Positions 55,363-64,000 of a DNA stretch of 64,000 bases are shown here, piece after piece. The notes beneath the pieces are model-generated. The model was not told where the DNA came from. It saw only the letters and a list, made by a program, of their open reading frames with translations, and did no database searches. Both the position numbers and the translations under genes were made by a program. How positions within the stretch are numbered: the first letter of the stretch is position 1; each line of letters begins with the position of its first letter. The stretch covers positions 1,234 through 65,233 of the forward strand of contig CAKUBG010000013.1 in assembly GCA_934636825.1 (NCBI GenBank), in the 5' to 3' direction. The stretch is from an uncultured bacterium. Lineage in GTDB: Bacteria; Vulcanimicrobiota; Xenobia; Xenobiales; Xenobiaceae.

Positions 55363-56556
55363 ATGAAAGAGAATTCCAGAGCTTTTTTGCTATTATTTAT
55401 GGGCGTATTAACTGCCTTTGGGCCGTTTGTAACAGATATGTATTTGCCCACTTTACCTTCCATGACCGAGTATTTCTCAACCGGTATGTCTCAAGTTCAG
55501 CTGGGACTCACTTTCTCTATGCTGGGGTTGGCTCTTGGGCAACTTGGCTTTGGCCCTTTAAGCGATAAAATAGGTCGACGTCATCCTTTGCTCATTTCTA
55601 TGGTCGTATTTGTTGTCTCGACTTTGGCTTGTATCTTCGCTCCTAATATTGAATTCTTTCTGGGAATGCGCTTTTTGCAAGGTATAGCTGGAGCGGGTGG
55701 TATTGTTATAGCTCGTTCTATTGCTGCCGATAAATTTTCCGGTCGTGATTTGGCCAAAGCTTTGGCTATTGTTGGAGCCATTAACGGCGTTGCTCCTGTT
55801 GCGGCTCCCATTATAGGTGGAGTTTGCTGCGATTTTATCGGTTGGCGCGGTATTTTCGCCATTTTATTAGTTTTGGGCTTAATTATAGGCCTTATGTGCT
55901 TTTTTTATAAAGAAACTCTTGAAGAAGACAGACGCTCTAAGGAAAAATGGTCGTCTGTTTTAAAAATGTTCAGCACAGTCATAAAGAAAAAACGCTTCAT
56001 CAGTTATGTTTTGCAAATGGCTGCGGCACAGGGAATCCTTTTTGGCAATATTGCTTCCTCGCCGTTTTTAATTCAAAATTTGCACCACAAAAGCGCTTTG
56101 GTCTTTAGTTTGTATTTCGCTGTTAATTCCATTGCTATTGCTATGGGTGCTGCCATGTCTGCCAAATTTGAAAAACAAGAAAAATGTATTTTTTATAGTT
56201 GTGTAGGCATGTTGCTGGGCGCTGTGGCTTGCGCTTTGGCTTTAAATTTAGGTGCTTCCTTAATCATTTATGAAATTATAGTTACAGCTCTTTGCTTTGC
56301 CATGGGCATGACTTTTACAGCAGCTACCGCTTTAGCTATGAATGAAGTACGTGACAATGCTGGTGCTGGATCGGCAATTTTTGGAGCCTTAGGTTTTATA
56401 GTTGGAGGCTTAGTTTCTCCTTTAGTAGGTTTAGGCGAGATTACTCATTCAGTATCAATTGTCTTTATAGTAGCTGCACTTACTTCCACTTTGTTTGCTT
56501 GGTTAGCTAGGCGTACTACAGACAACGTTTTAGCAAAAGTGAATGCTGCTGCCTAA
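55363..56556 (+). CDS. MFS transporter, Bcr/CflA drug-efflux-like; start revised to ATG 55363
   Basis: 12 predicted TM helices. MFS motif GPLSDKIGRRHPL. RBS GAGG. Confidence 0.75.
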   Translation: MKENSRAFLLLFMGVLTAFGPFVTDMYLPTLPSMTEYFSTGMSQVQLGLTFSMLGLALGQLGFGPLSDKIGRRHPLLISMVVFVVSTLACIFAPNIEFFLGMRFLQGIAGAGGIVIARSIAADKFSGRDLAKALAIVGAINGVAPVAAPIIGGVCCDFIGWRGIFAILLVLGLIIGLMCFFYKETLEEDRRSKEKWSSVLKMFSTVIKKKRFISYVLQMAAAQGILFGNIASSPFLIQNLHHKSALVFSLYFAVNSIAIAMGAAMSAKFEKQEKCIFYSCVGMLLGAVACALALNLGASLIIYEIIVTALCFAMGMTFTAATALAMNEVRDNAGAGSAIFGALGFIVGGLVSPLVGLGEITHSVSIVFIVAALTSTLFAWLARRTTDNVLAKVNAAA

Positions 56557-56569
56557 TTGAGCTAATAAA

Positions 56570-56605
56570 AAGACGGACTTTCTTTAGAGAAAATCCGTCT
56601 TTTTA
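56570..56605. terminator. Bidirectional terminator between convergent transporter genes
   Basis: AGACGGA-loop-TCCGTCT followed by TTTTAC. On the opposite strand the same hairpin is followed by a T-rich run. Confidence 0.55.
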
Positions 56606-56633
56606 CTTTATAATAGTAAATTAGAGCTTAGCT

Positions 56634-58238
56634 CTAAACTTTGCCATGCATCCATTTCTTAAGCAGAGGAGTCAGCATCAGCACCAAGATACCGGAGCCG
56701 ATAGAAGAGCAAATGAGGAAGAACCACATGTTAATTTGGTAGGCATGTAAGGTCGCTTCCAAAATGCCGGCAAAGTAGTTGGCTGCTGCTGAGGAGAGGA
56801 ACCAGAAGCCCATCATAATGGACATCAAGCGATGAGGTGAAAGCTTCGATACCATAGATAAGCCTACAGGAGAGAGGCAGAGTTCACCCATGGTGTGCAA
56901 GAAGTAAACGCTGACCAGCCACATTGGGCTTACCTTAGTACCATCTGCGGCTAAGCTGCTGCCCATAAACATTACGATAAAGCCTAAGCCCAAAATAATC
57001 ATGCCCAGACCGATTTTGGCCGGTATGGAAATTGCATATTTAGAATTATCCCACTTATACCACATCATTGAGAAGAGCGGAGCAAAAGTGCAAATAATGA
57101 AGGGGTTGATAGACTGGAACCAAGAGGCGGGGATAGTAAATACTTTGCCTAAGCAATTTACTACGCGTTGAGTTTGTTCTTCAGCAAACAAGGTGAGCGT
57201 ACCGCCGGCTTGCTCGAATCCTAACCAGAAGAAAGCTACAAACATAGTGATAATAACGATTACGCACAATCTGTGTATCTCTTCGATAGTGAGTTTGGAA
57301 GCGTTCTCTTCTTTTTGTTCTTTGGAATCATCGGTATGCTGATGAGTAAACAAGTAACTGATACCTACAGTTACTAAGATGCCAATACCGACAGCTACAG
57401 GTAAAGGAGAAGAAGTGAGGCTAAAAGATTCTGTCTTAGTGAAAGACCAAAGAGCGCAAGCTGCGGCAGTAATACCGATAATACCTAAAATCCAATACAC
57501 TACTTCGAAATAGTCTTTGGTATGAAGGTGAGCATCTTCAATGGGCCCTTTAAATTCAGGAGGCATGCCGGCGCCGTTGAAGCGACTTTGGCCTAAGTTG
57601 AAAATAATTTGGCCGATAATCATACCTATACCGGCAGCGATGAAGCCCCAAGACCAACCGAACGTTTGGCCTAAGCTTCCACAAATGAGCGGTGAGAAGA
57701 AGGCACCTAAATTGATGCCCATATAGAATATGGTAAAACCGCCATCACGACGAGGGTCGTTCTCTTCGTAGAGACCGCCGACAATATTGGAAATGTTGGG
57801 TTTAAAAAAGCCGTTACCTAAAATTAAAAGTGTGAGAGCTGGGTAAAGAAAAGTGGGGTGAGAGAGTAACAACTCACCTATAGCCATGGTGCATCCGCCG
57901 ATAATTACGGCTTTACGAGCTCCCAAGAAGCGGTCAGAAAGATAGCCGCCGATAAGTGGAGTTAGATAAACTAAACCTGTGTAGATACCATAAAGGGCGA
58001 GTGCGTCTTTGCGGTCGTATTGCAACTGACTGACCAAATACAATACCAAAATGGCGCGCATGCCATAGTAGCTGAAACGTTCCCAAGCTTCGGCACCGAA
58101 GAGCCAATATAAACCTTTGGGCTGTTGAGAATTTTTTACTTCGGTTTTTGCTGCATTTTCCGTTTCCGCTGACGTTTTAGCCAAGTCGGCGGAGGAAGCA
58201 GTCGCCTTTGTTGATTTTTCTTCGGACAATAGATCCAC
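56634..58238 (-). CDS. POT/PTR2-family proton-dependent oligopeptide transporter
   Basis: Motifs GGYLSDRFLGARKAV and FSYYGMRAILVLYL. 14 TM-type architecture. Confidence 0.8.
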   Translation of the reverse strand: MDLLSEEKSTKATASSADLAKTSAETENAAKTEVKNSQQPKGLYWLFGAEAWERFSYYGMRAILVLYLVSQLQYDRKDALALYGIYTGLVYLTPLIGGYLSDRFLGARKAVIIGGCTMAIGELLLSHPTFLYPALTLLILGNGFFKPNISNIVGGLYEENDPRRDGGFTIFYMGINLGAFFSPLICGSLGQTFGWSWGFIAAGIGMIIGQIIFNLGQSRFNGAGMPPEFKGPIEDAHLHTKDYFEVVYWILGIIGITAAACALWSFTKTESFSLTSSPLPVAVGIGILVTVGISYLFTHQHTDDSKEQKEENASKLTIEEIHRLCVIVIITMFVAFFWLGFEQAGGTLTLFAEEQTQRVVNCLGKVFTIPASWFQSINPFIICTFAPLFSMMWYKWDNSKYAISIPAKIGLGMIILGLGFIVMFMGSSLAADGTKVSPMWLVSVYFLHTMGELCLSPVGLSMVSKLSPHRLMSIMMGFWFLSSAAANYFAGILEATLHAYQINMWFFLICSSIGSGILVLMLTPLLKKWMHGKV

Positions 58239-58448
58239 CTCTCTGCGTTTTATGATCGATTTTGCAGAGTCCTATCCAATAGTTTTTTTGCGAGCTAACC
58301 TATTTTGCAACACTCCGCGTGAAGGACAGCAAAATTCGCACTTGTCAAGCTGCAAACCTGCCCGACAAGGTTGCCTCGAAGTAGGCTGGCTTTATTGAAA
58401 GTATGCGAAATAGAGGATACACCATAATTTAACAATTAGTGAAGGCAG

Positions 58449-59288
58449 TTAATCCTGGTCGCGTAAAGCTAATGAGTAAAGATCGGTACGTCGGTGTTTT
58501 AATAATGGAAGTTGCTGGCGAACTTGCTCAATTTGCTTTAAATCTAAATCGACTATTTGTATAGCCTCTTTTTCGTCTAATTCAGCTAAAACTCGTCCCC
58601 AAGGATCTACGGCAATAGTGTGTCCCCAGGAATGATAGGAGGCTGAAAGATCGCGAGCTGGGGCGGTACCTAAAGTAAAAAATTGATTAAATACAGCTTG
58701 ACTTCTAAAAGTGAGCTCCCAATGCAAAGGGCCTGTAGTTAAATTGAAAGCGGCTGGTACTAATACTATTTGCGCTCCTTGTAAAGCCATAAGGCGCCCC
58801 AACTCTGGAAAGCGGAAATCATAACAAATACATAAGCCTATTGGACAAAATTCTGTCACAAATACGGTGATATTTTGACCAGGACTTAAAGTGTCTGATT
58901 CTTTGAAAGATTGGCCATTTTTTATTTCTATATCAAAAAGGTGAACTTTTCTGTGTTTGGCAATAAGCTCGCCTTGAGGATTAAAAACATAGGCCGTATT
59001 GTAAATATTGCCCTTAGCGTCCTTTTCGGCCATGGAGCCTGCAGCTAGATACAGTTTGTAAGTTTTGGCTAAAGTAGCGCAAGCTGAAAAAATTTGTCCT
59101 CCTTCAGGTTCGGCATAAAGAGGAAAACTTTTACTTTCATAAGGGCAGCAAAACATTTCCGGCAAAGATACAAGATTGACTTGCTGTTTGCTAGCTAGAC
59201 AACAAATTTCTTTAATTTTGGAGAGGGCTTTGTCCACTAAAGGGGTGGTTACCATTTGGGCCTGCAAAATGCGAATTTTATTGTACAT
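58449..59288 (-). CDS. Carbon-nitrogen hydrolase (nitrilase-superfamily) amidohydrolase; start revised to an internal Met
   Basis: Catalytic triad context E (LPEMFCCPYE), K (HRKVHLFD) and C (ICYDFRFPE). Upstream in-frame starts would overlap the preceding gene. Confidence 0.65.
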   Translation of the reverse strand: MYNKIRILQAQMVTTPLVDKALSKIKEICCLASKQQVNLVSLPEMFCCPYESKSFPLYAEPEGGQIFSACATLAKTYKLYLAAGSMAEKDAKGNIYNTAYVFNPQGELIAKHRKVHLFDIEIKNGQSFKESDTLSPGQNITVFVTEFCPIGLCICYDFRFPELGRLMALQGAQIVLVPAAFNLTTGPLHWELTFRSQAVFNQFFTLGTAPARDLSASYHSWGHTIAVDPWGRVLAELDEKEAIQIVDLDLKQIEQVRQQLPLLKHRRTDLYSLALRDQD

Positions 59289-59376
59289 ATTGTTATTGAA
59301 GCAAATTTTCACCTCAAAAGTAAAGGCCGACATTTCTTCAAGAAACGCGGCCTTTATGTATAGACAATAAAAATGT

Positions 59377-61749
59377 TTAATAGTTGGCAAACATTTTTAC
59401 TTTAACTTTACGCTGAGCAGCCATCTCCAAAAGCTTACTAATGTAGTTGGGATCGAAAGTCATTTCTACACTTTTAGCTTTGTAATAAATGTTGCCCTTA
59501 CCATCCGATTTGGTAGCTTCACCATCTTTTTGTGGATCTTTACCGTAAGCTACCATGGAACCGGTCAAATTTAAGCGACTGTCTTTACCTATATTGACGT
59601 TGATATTGCCACAAGCATAAATAACGCCGGCAATTTCCTGGTCAGAGTAGTTTATGCCTTTGTAACGTCCTATCAATTCGGTAAGTTGTTCTTTTTTGTA
59701 ATTTTCGTAATTGGTAGTTTGCTTATCGGAAGCAACTAACTTTTCGCTAAGATCAGGATCTTTAACTGTAGCCATGTTGTTGTCTTCATCAGTTGAGTTT
59801 TTCTTATCTTTAGCGTCTTTTTGAGCTTGCTTATAGATTCTCTTTACATCTCTGTAATATTCACAGCTATCTTTGTGCTCTTGGGGATGAGGTATGATTT
59901 CTCTGCCGTCATGAAATAAACAAGCACACCAAGTAACACTGGTGTCCAAATGTTTGTATTGTTTTAAGGCGTCTCCATTGTTGTCAGTATCGTTAAAGCC
60001 GTTGATATAGACGTTGCGCAAATATTCATTAGCTTTGGTCGTATTGACAAAGCCCCATTCGTTTTCATCAGGGCCGTTGCAACAATAAATCATGTTATTT
60101 GTTCGGCAATAATCACAAGGTTCACGGAGTTTGACGCTGGTGCCACTTACGGCGTTAGAAGTCGCTTCTGCCAAGGTACCTTCGGTGGGAACTTGAGTAA
60201 TGGTTTCTTTGTCTTCCGCTAAGCCAGTGCTGGGATCGACAGTTACGTTGTCGTAAGGTTTTTTTGTGTCTTTATTTTCGGTTGGCAATACTTCTTCCAT
60301 ATGGGCGGTGGTATTGTAAATAGTCTCTAAATTGACGTCGCCTTTGGCATAGATAGACACGCCTACGCCGGGATCAGATTCCAAAATGCTGGGGCCTTGC
60401 ATGCTGATATTGCCAGCTGCAGTGATGGCGCCATTTCCGATAGTAGCGCCGGAAATCATAACGTTGCCGGTACTGGTTAAAATAGTGGTCTTATTGTCGC
60501 CTTTCTTTTCGTTGGCAAAACCTACAATAGGGCGTGTACCATATTCATTGATATCAGAGCGTATAAGTATGTCGCCATCTACGTAGGAGTTTTTGTCAAA
60601 CATAATAGTTAGGTTTTCATTATCAACAGAAAATTTGCTGTTGCTTTTGTTTATTACTTCGTAACCGGAGTTGGGAAGTGTCGTGCCATAATAGTAGATT
60701 TTGTTAGCGTAATGGCGCAATTCATTCTGACTGCCGTTACGAACCCAAACATAAGTGCCGGGAGTAATAGGATTGTCATTTTCAGAGGCTTTGGGGACGT
60801 CGTTCCAAGTGATAGCTGTAAAGTTTTTGCCGGAATCGCTTTGCTGGGATTTTATTTGATCGTTATTAGCGCCATCTACATTGAAATGATCACCGTAATA
60901 AACGGTAGTGTCGCTGCTTATACCTAATCCCTGACTTATATTTAAGTCTACGTTGCCCAAAGAACGCATATTGGGGGCACCGCTGCCATCAGAGGCGCGT
61001 AAGGCAAATTGAGCTACGTCGGCCGTGATATTACCAGCAGCACTGACTACGGCGTCAGAATTTAAAGAGCTGGGATCGATAGCGATATAAAGCTCTACTA
61101 CTTGGCTAGCATAGCTGGATTTGGAGTTGAGAGGTTTATCTAAAGTTGCTTCTCGCACGGCCGGGCCGCTAAAACCTTCTACAATTAAGTTGCAAGTGGC
61201 TTTGGGAATAGTGATAGCTGTTACGCCGGTATCCGGCTTGAATACTGTTTTATTTCCTTCGCTGAAACTTTTGCCTCTAACTACGCCATTTTCGTCGGCC
61301 GGATAAGCAAAACAAGGGACGCTGCTGCCTAGATTGTTGGTAGAAATATAAGGAGACTCGATCTTTTGAGTGCTGTTTTTCATGCCGTCAAGACCGCCGT
61401 CTCCATCTTCGCAATTAAATTTAATGCGGAAAACAGACTTCTTGCCGTTAGTGCTGGTCAAAATGCCCCAAACGTTACCGTCTTCTTCTTTTATTTCTAA
61501 ATTATCTGTCTTAAGCGTATAGGCTGTTGTGGGATCGGCTTTCCAAAGTATATTGCTTTGTAGGCGAGTGATGGCATACTGAGCACCAGACTGAGCGGCC
61601 ATAAGGGCTGTTTCTTTGTCATAGAAATTGGTAGTAAGTCTTAAACTGCCAAGGTTGGAATATACGACCGAACTTAAGAGCATAATAACCAACACGACTG
61701 TGAGCATTGTCGTTATCAGCACTATGCCTTTTCTTTGCTTGATAAGCAT
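59377..61749 (-). CDS. Giant PilX-N-like (minor-pilin-like anchor) beta-helix-repeat protein with a Cys-rich insert, paralog A
   Basis: RBS GGAGATGG. N-terminus MLIKQRKGIVLITTMLTVVLVIMLLSSVVYSNLGSLRLTTNFYDKETALMAAQSGAQYAITRL. Repeats such as NVMISGATIGNGAITAAGNISMQG. Eight Cys clustered in ~80 aa. Confidence 0.6.
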   Translation of the reverse strand: MLIKQRKGIVLITTMLTVVLVIMLLSSVVYSNLGSLRLTTNFYDKETALMAAQSGAQYAITRLQSNILWKADPTTAYTLKTDNLEIKEEDGNVWGILTSTNGKKSVFRIKFNCEDGDGGLDGMKNSTQKIESPYISTNNLGSSVPCFAYPADENGVVRGKSFSEGNKTVFKPDTGVTAITIPKATCNLIVEGFSGPAVREATLDKPLNSKSSYASQVVELYIAIDPSSLNSDAVVSAAGNITADVAQFALRASDGSGAPNMRSLGNVDLNISQGLGISSDTTVYYGDHFNVDGANNDQIKSQQSDSGKNFTAITWNDVPKASENDNPITPGTYVWVRNGSQNELRHYANKIYYYGTTLPNSGYEVINKSNSKFSVDNENLTIMFDKNSYVDGDILIRSDINEYGTRPIVGFANEKKGDNKTTILTSTGNVMISGATIGNGAITAAGNISMQGPSILESDPGVGVSIYAKGDVNLETIYNTTAHMEEVLPTENKDTKKPYDNVTVDPSTGLAEDKETITQVPTEGTLAEATSNAVSGTSVKLREPCDYCRTNNMIYCCNGPDENEWGFVNTTKANEYLRNVYINGFNDTDNNGDALKQYKHLDTSVTWCACLFHDGREIIPHPQEHKDSCEYYRDVKRIYKQAQKDAKDKKNSTDEDNNMATVKDPDLSEKLVASDKQTTNYENYKKEQLTELIGRYKGINYSDQEIAGVIYACGNINVNIGKDSRLNLTGSMVAYGKDPQKDGEATKSDGKGNIYYKAKSVEMTFDPNYISKLLEMAAQRKVKVKMFANY

Positions 61750-61884
61750 GAGCCATCTCCAAAAGTAAAACTTTATATAAAATAAAAAATAACCAAATCC
61801 CTAAAAATCGGAAAAATTCCTAATCAGCCCTTTTTAGTTGCAGCTAAAAGTTCCTACACAGAATCGCTAAAAAAATAATAAAAA

Positions 61885-61921
61885 AAGCCGCCGTAATGGT
61901 GTTTTACGGCGGCCTCCTTTA
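61885..61921 (-). terminator. Rho-independent terminator downstream of paralog B
   Basis: Minus-strand reading GAGGCCGCCGTAAAACACCATTACGGCGGC followed by TTTTTTTATTATTTTTTT. Confidence 0.6.
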
Positions 61922-61929
61922 TTTGCTTT

Positions 61930-64000
61930 CTAGTAGTTGGCAAACATTTTTATTTGCAACTTGCGTTTAGCTGAAGCGTTGAGCAACTTATTTAAGTAGT
62001 TAGGGTCGAATGCCAGATCGACGCTTTTGGCATTGTAGTTGATATTTCCGGTATCGGTAGTTTTTGTCGCATCTTGCTCTTTATTGGGTTCGCGTCCGTA
62101 AGCAACCATAGCTCCGGTTACGCTTAAACGGCTATCGGAGCCAATATTGACATTGATATTTTTCCAAGCATAAATAACGCCGGCAATCTCTTGATCGGAG
62201 TATTTGATGCTGTCGTAGCGCTTAATTAAAGTATCTAATTGTTCACGCTTGTAGTTCTCATAATTGGTCGTTTGCTTAGAGCTATCTACCAATTTATCAC
62301 TAAGCGTGGGATCGTCAATTGAAGCCATTTGATCGCTTTTGGTTGGGCTATCGTTTTTATGATCATCGTCATCATCGTCATCGCGACTGTCAGACCAATC
62401 TTCCCAATCATCTTCGGCGTCTTCATAAACATCTTTTACTGCTTTCATAAAATTGCAGTCGTTTTTGTGACTACCATTATGAAATCCGCAATTACACTCA
62501 ACGTTTAAATTGATGAATTGTGTCCTTCCTTTTTTCAGGAAACCGGCTTGATACACTTGAATGAGAAGATCCGGATGATTTGGATTAAATATTCCTTTAG
62601 TTTTGCAAAAAGATGTGGGGTGTTCAGCACAGTGGTCGCATACTTTATGATTACTGTTCTTTTTGTATTTAGTAGCATATTCAGAAGATTTTCTTTCTGC
62701 AGCTTTTTCCCGATTTGTATCAGTGGTGTTGTCACTGTCGCTATTATTATCGTCGCCTACACTTGGGGTAGAAGATATAGTGTCTTTTTCGCTAGCTGCA
62801 CCAGTAGTGGGATCGATTTTTACATTATCGTAAGGGCCACTGCCTTCGGGACGATCGGTAGGTAATTTATCTTCCATACTGGCGCTAGTATTATAGATAG
62901 GCTCTATTGTAACATCGCCTTTAGAATAGATAGAGACACCTACGCCTGGATCTGATTCTAAAAGGCTGGGGCCTTGTATAGTGATATTGCCCTCGGAGGT
63001 TATGGCACCACTACCCATAGTAGCTCCGGAAATAGTAATATTACCCTTGCTTGTTAAAATGGTGGTGCCGCTATCGCCTTTATTTTTGTTGACAAAGCCA
63101 ACAATTGGCCTCGTTCCATACTCATTGATGTTGGAGCGAATGAGCAAATCTCCAGGCACATATACATTTTGATCGAACATGACCGTTAAATTTTTGCTAT
63201 CGACGGTCATGCCGTTGAATTTACCTGTGCTTACAGTTTGGTAGCCGCTATCTGGAAGTGGCTTTCCGTCATAAAAAATAATAGTTGGATAGTGGCGCAA
63301 CTCTATAGCTTTGGTTGTTGGGTTTTTTTCCCATACATAAGTTCCGGCTGGCAAATTTGTGTCACTTTTAGTTGCTTTGGGGACATCTGCCCAAGTAATT
63401 TTGGCAAAATTCTCTCCTGAATTGCTCTTTTCGTGTTTTATATTTGTTTCTGTCGCTCCGTTTACCGTAAAGCCGTCATTAAAGAAAACGGTACCACTTC
63501 CGGCGTTCACCTGGCCGGTTAAGGCAACGTGGCCCAAAGAGCGTATATTGGGAGCTTGAGTGCCTTCTGCGCTATTCAATCTGAAAGCACCAGTTTTGGC
63601 ATTGATATTACCTGAAGCGCTGATTGCCGAATCCACATTTAAAGAGCTTGGATCGATAGAAGCATAAATTTCTACGATCTGATGGGCGTAGGAAGATTTT
63701 GTGTCGATAGGCTTAGATAAACTGGCGTCGCGTACGGCTGGGCCGCTAAAGCCTTCGACTATCAGATTGCAAGTGCCCTTGGGAATGGTTACTTGTTTGG
63801 CGTCGGAATGAGGCTTAAAAACTTCTTTGCCATTTTCGGTGACTGTTTTGCCTTGGATAATGCCATTTTTATCGGCCGAATAAGCTATGGAAGGAACGCT
63901 GCTAAAAAGGTTGTTGGTAGAAATGTAAGGAGACTCGATCTTGTGGGCACTGTCATCCATATTATCGAAACCGCCAGGGCCGTCTTCACAATTGAATTTT
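61930..64000 (-). CDS. Giant PilX-N-like beta-helix-repeat protein, paralog B; 5' end truncated by the window edge
   Basis: Collinear with paralog A from KFNCEDG...ESPYISTNNL onward. The reading frame stays open to the window end, and upstream residues match paralog A, so the true start lies beyond position 64000. Carries its own Cys-rich insert and a poly-Asp linker. Confidence 0.6.
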   Translation of the reverse strand, partial: KFNCEDGPGGFDNMDDSAHKIESPYISTNNLFSSVPSIAYSADKNGIIQGKTVTENGKEVFKPHSDAKQVTIPKGTCNLIVEGFSGPAVRDASLSKPIDTKSSYAHQIVEIYASIDPSSLNVDSAISASGNINAKTGAFRLNSAEGTQAPNIRSLGHVALTGQVNAGSGTVFFNDGFTVNGATETNIKHEKSNSGENFAKITWADVPKATKSDTNLPAGTYVWEKNPTTKAIELRHYPTIIFYDGKPLPDSGYQTVSTGKFNGMTVDSKNLTVMFDQNVYVPGDLLIRSNINEYGTRPIVGFVNKNKGDSGTTILTSKGNITISGATMGSGAITSEGNITIQGPSLLESDPGVGVSIYSKGDVTIEPIYNTSASMEDKLPTDRPEGSGPYDNVKIDPTTGAASEKDTISSTPSVGDDNNSDSDNTTDTNREKAAERKSSEYATKYKKNSNHKVCDHCAEHPTSFCKTKGIFNPNHPDLLIQVYQAGFLKKGRTQFINLNVECNCGFHNGSHKNDCNFMKAVKDVYEDAEDDWEDWSDSRDDDDDDDHKNDSPTKSDQMASIDDPTLSDKLVDSSKQTTNYENYKREQLDTLIKRYDSIKYSDQEIAGVIYAWKNINVNIGSDSRLSVTGAMVAYGREPNKEQDATKTTDTGNINYNAKSVDLAFDPNYLNKLLNASAKRKLQIKMFANY

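Noticed and set aside
1-64000. Mobile elements, tRNA or rRNA genes
   Set aside because: No transposase, integrase or recombinase-like ORF is present, no terminal inverted repeats were found, and no tRNA-like T-loop (GTTCGA/GTTCAA...TCC) motifs occur in the intergenic regions. The window looks like stable chromosomal backbone.

Overview
This 64-kb window looks like chromosome from a diderm (outer-membrane-bearing) bacterium. Its housekeeping and accessory genes are Firmicutes-like: PSP1/RicT, oligoendopeptidase F, pyruvate:ferredoxin oxidoreductase, and ECF sigma with zinc-finger anti-sigma factors. Taxon assignment is inference only. 

The first ~29 kb is a dense outer-membrane biogenesis locus. 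On the minus strand at its left edge sits a BamB-like PQQ beta-propeller. A plus-strand operon follows: BamA with a long disordered N-terminal extension, four tandem Skp/OmpH paralogs, a truncated LpxD-like acyltransferase, an unknown 609-aa secreted protein, LpxC, FabZ, a GnnA-like Gfo/Idh/MocA oxidoreductase, LpxA, an LpxB fusion protein and an ICMT/LmtA-like membrane methyltransferase. A convergent minus-strand operon carries a hypothetical protein, a TldD/PmbA peptidase, a full-length LpxD, a small membrane protein, a UshA-like metallophosphoesterase and an LpxB-related glycosyltransferase-like protein. A Pro/Gln-rich tandem-repeat TPR membrane protein and the Lpt genes (LptC/A-like, LptB, a single LptF/G permease) complete the locus. 

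The middle of the window holds a Sel1-repeat protein, an acetyltransferase, a DUF554-like protein, a Ser/Thr-rich protein, RicT, PepF, a secreted protein with an internal duplication and PFOR. 

An envelope-stress-like island follows. It has a canonical ECF sigma / zinc-finger anti-sigma / periplasmic LTXXQ-like trio, an M48 protease, and a divergent module of sigma-like protein, anti-sigma-like membrane protein and a catalytically degenerate ABC-ATPase-like protein. 

The window ends with HtpG, an MFS transporter, a POT peptide transporter, a C-N hydrolase and two tandem giant paralogs. These have a PilX-like N-terminal anchor, a beta-helix-like repeat body and a Cys-rich insert. The second paralog runs off the window edge. 

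No rRNA, tRNA, CRISPR array, transposase or integrase was recognised. Several Rho-independent terminator hairpins and one clear sigma70-type promoter are visible. Start codons of several ORF-track entries were revised to internal starts on the basis of RBS and signal-peptide position.
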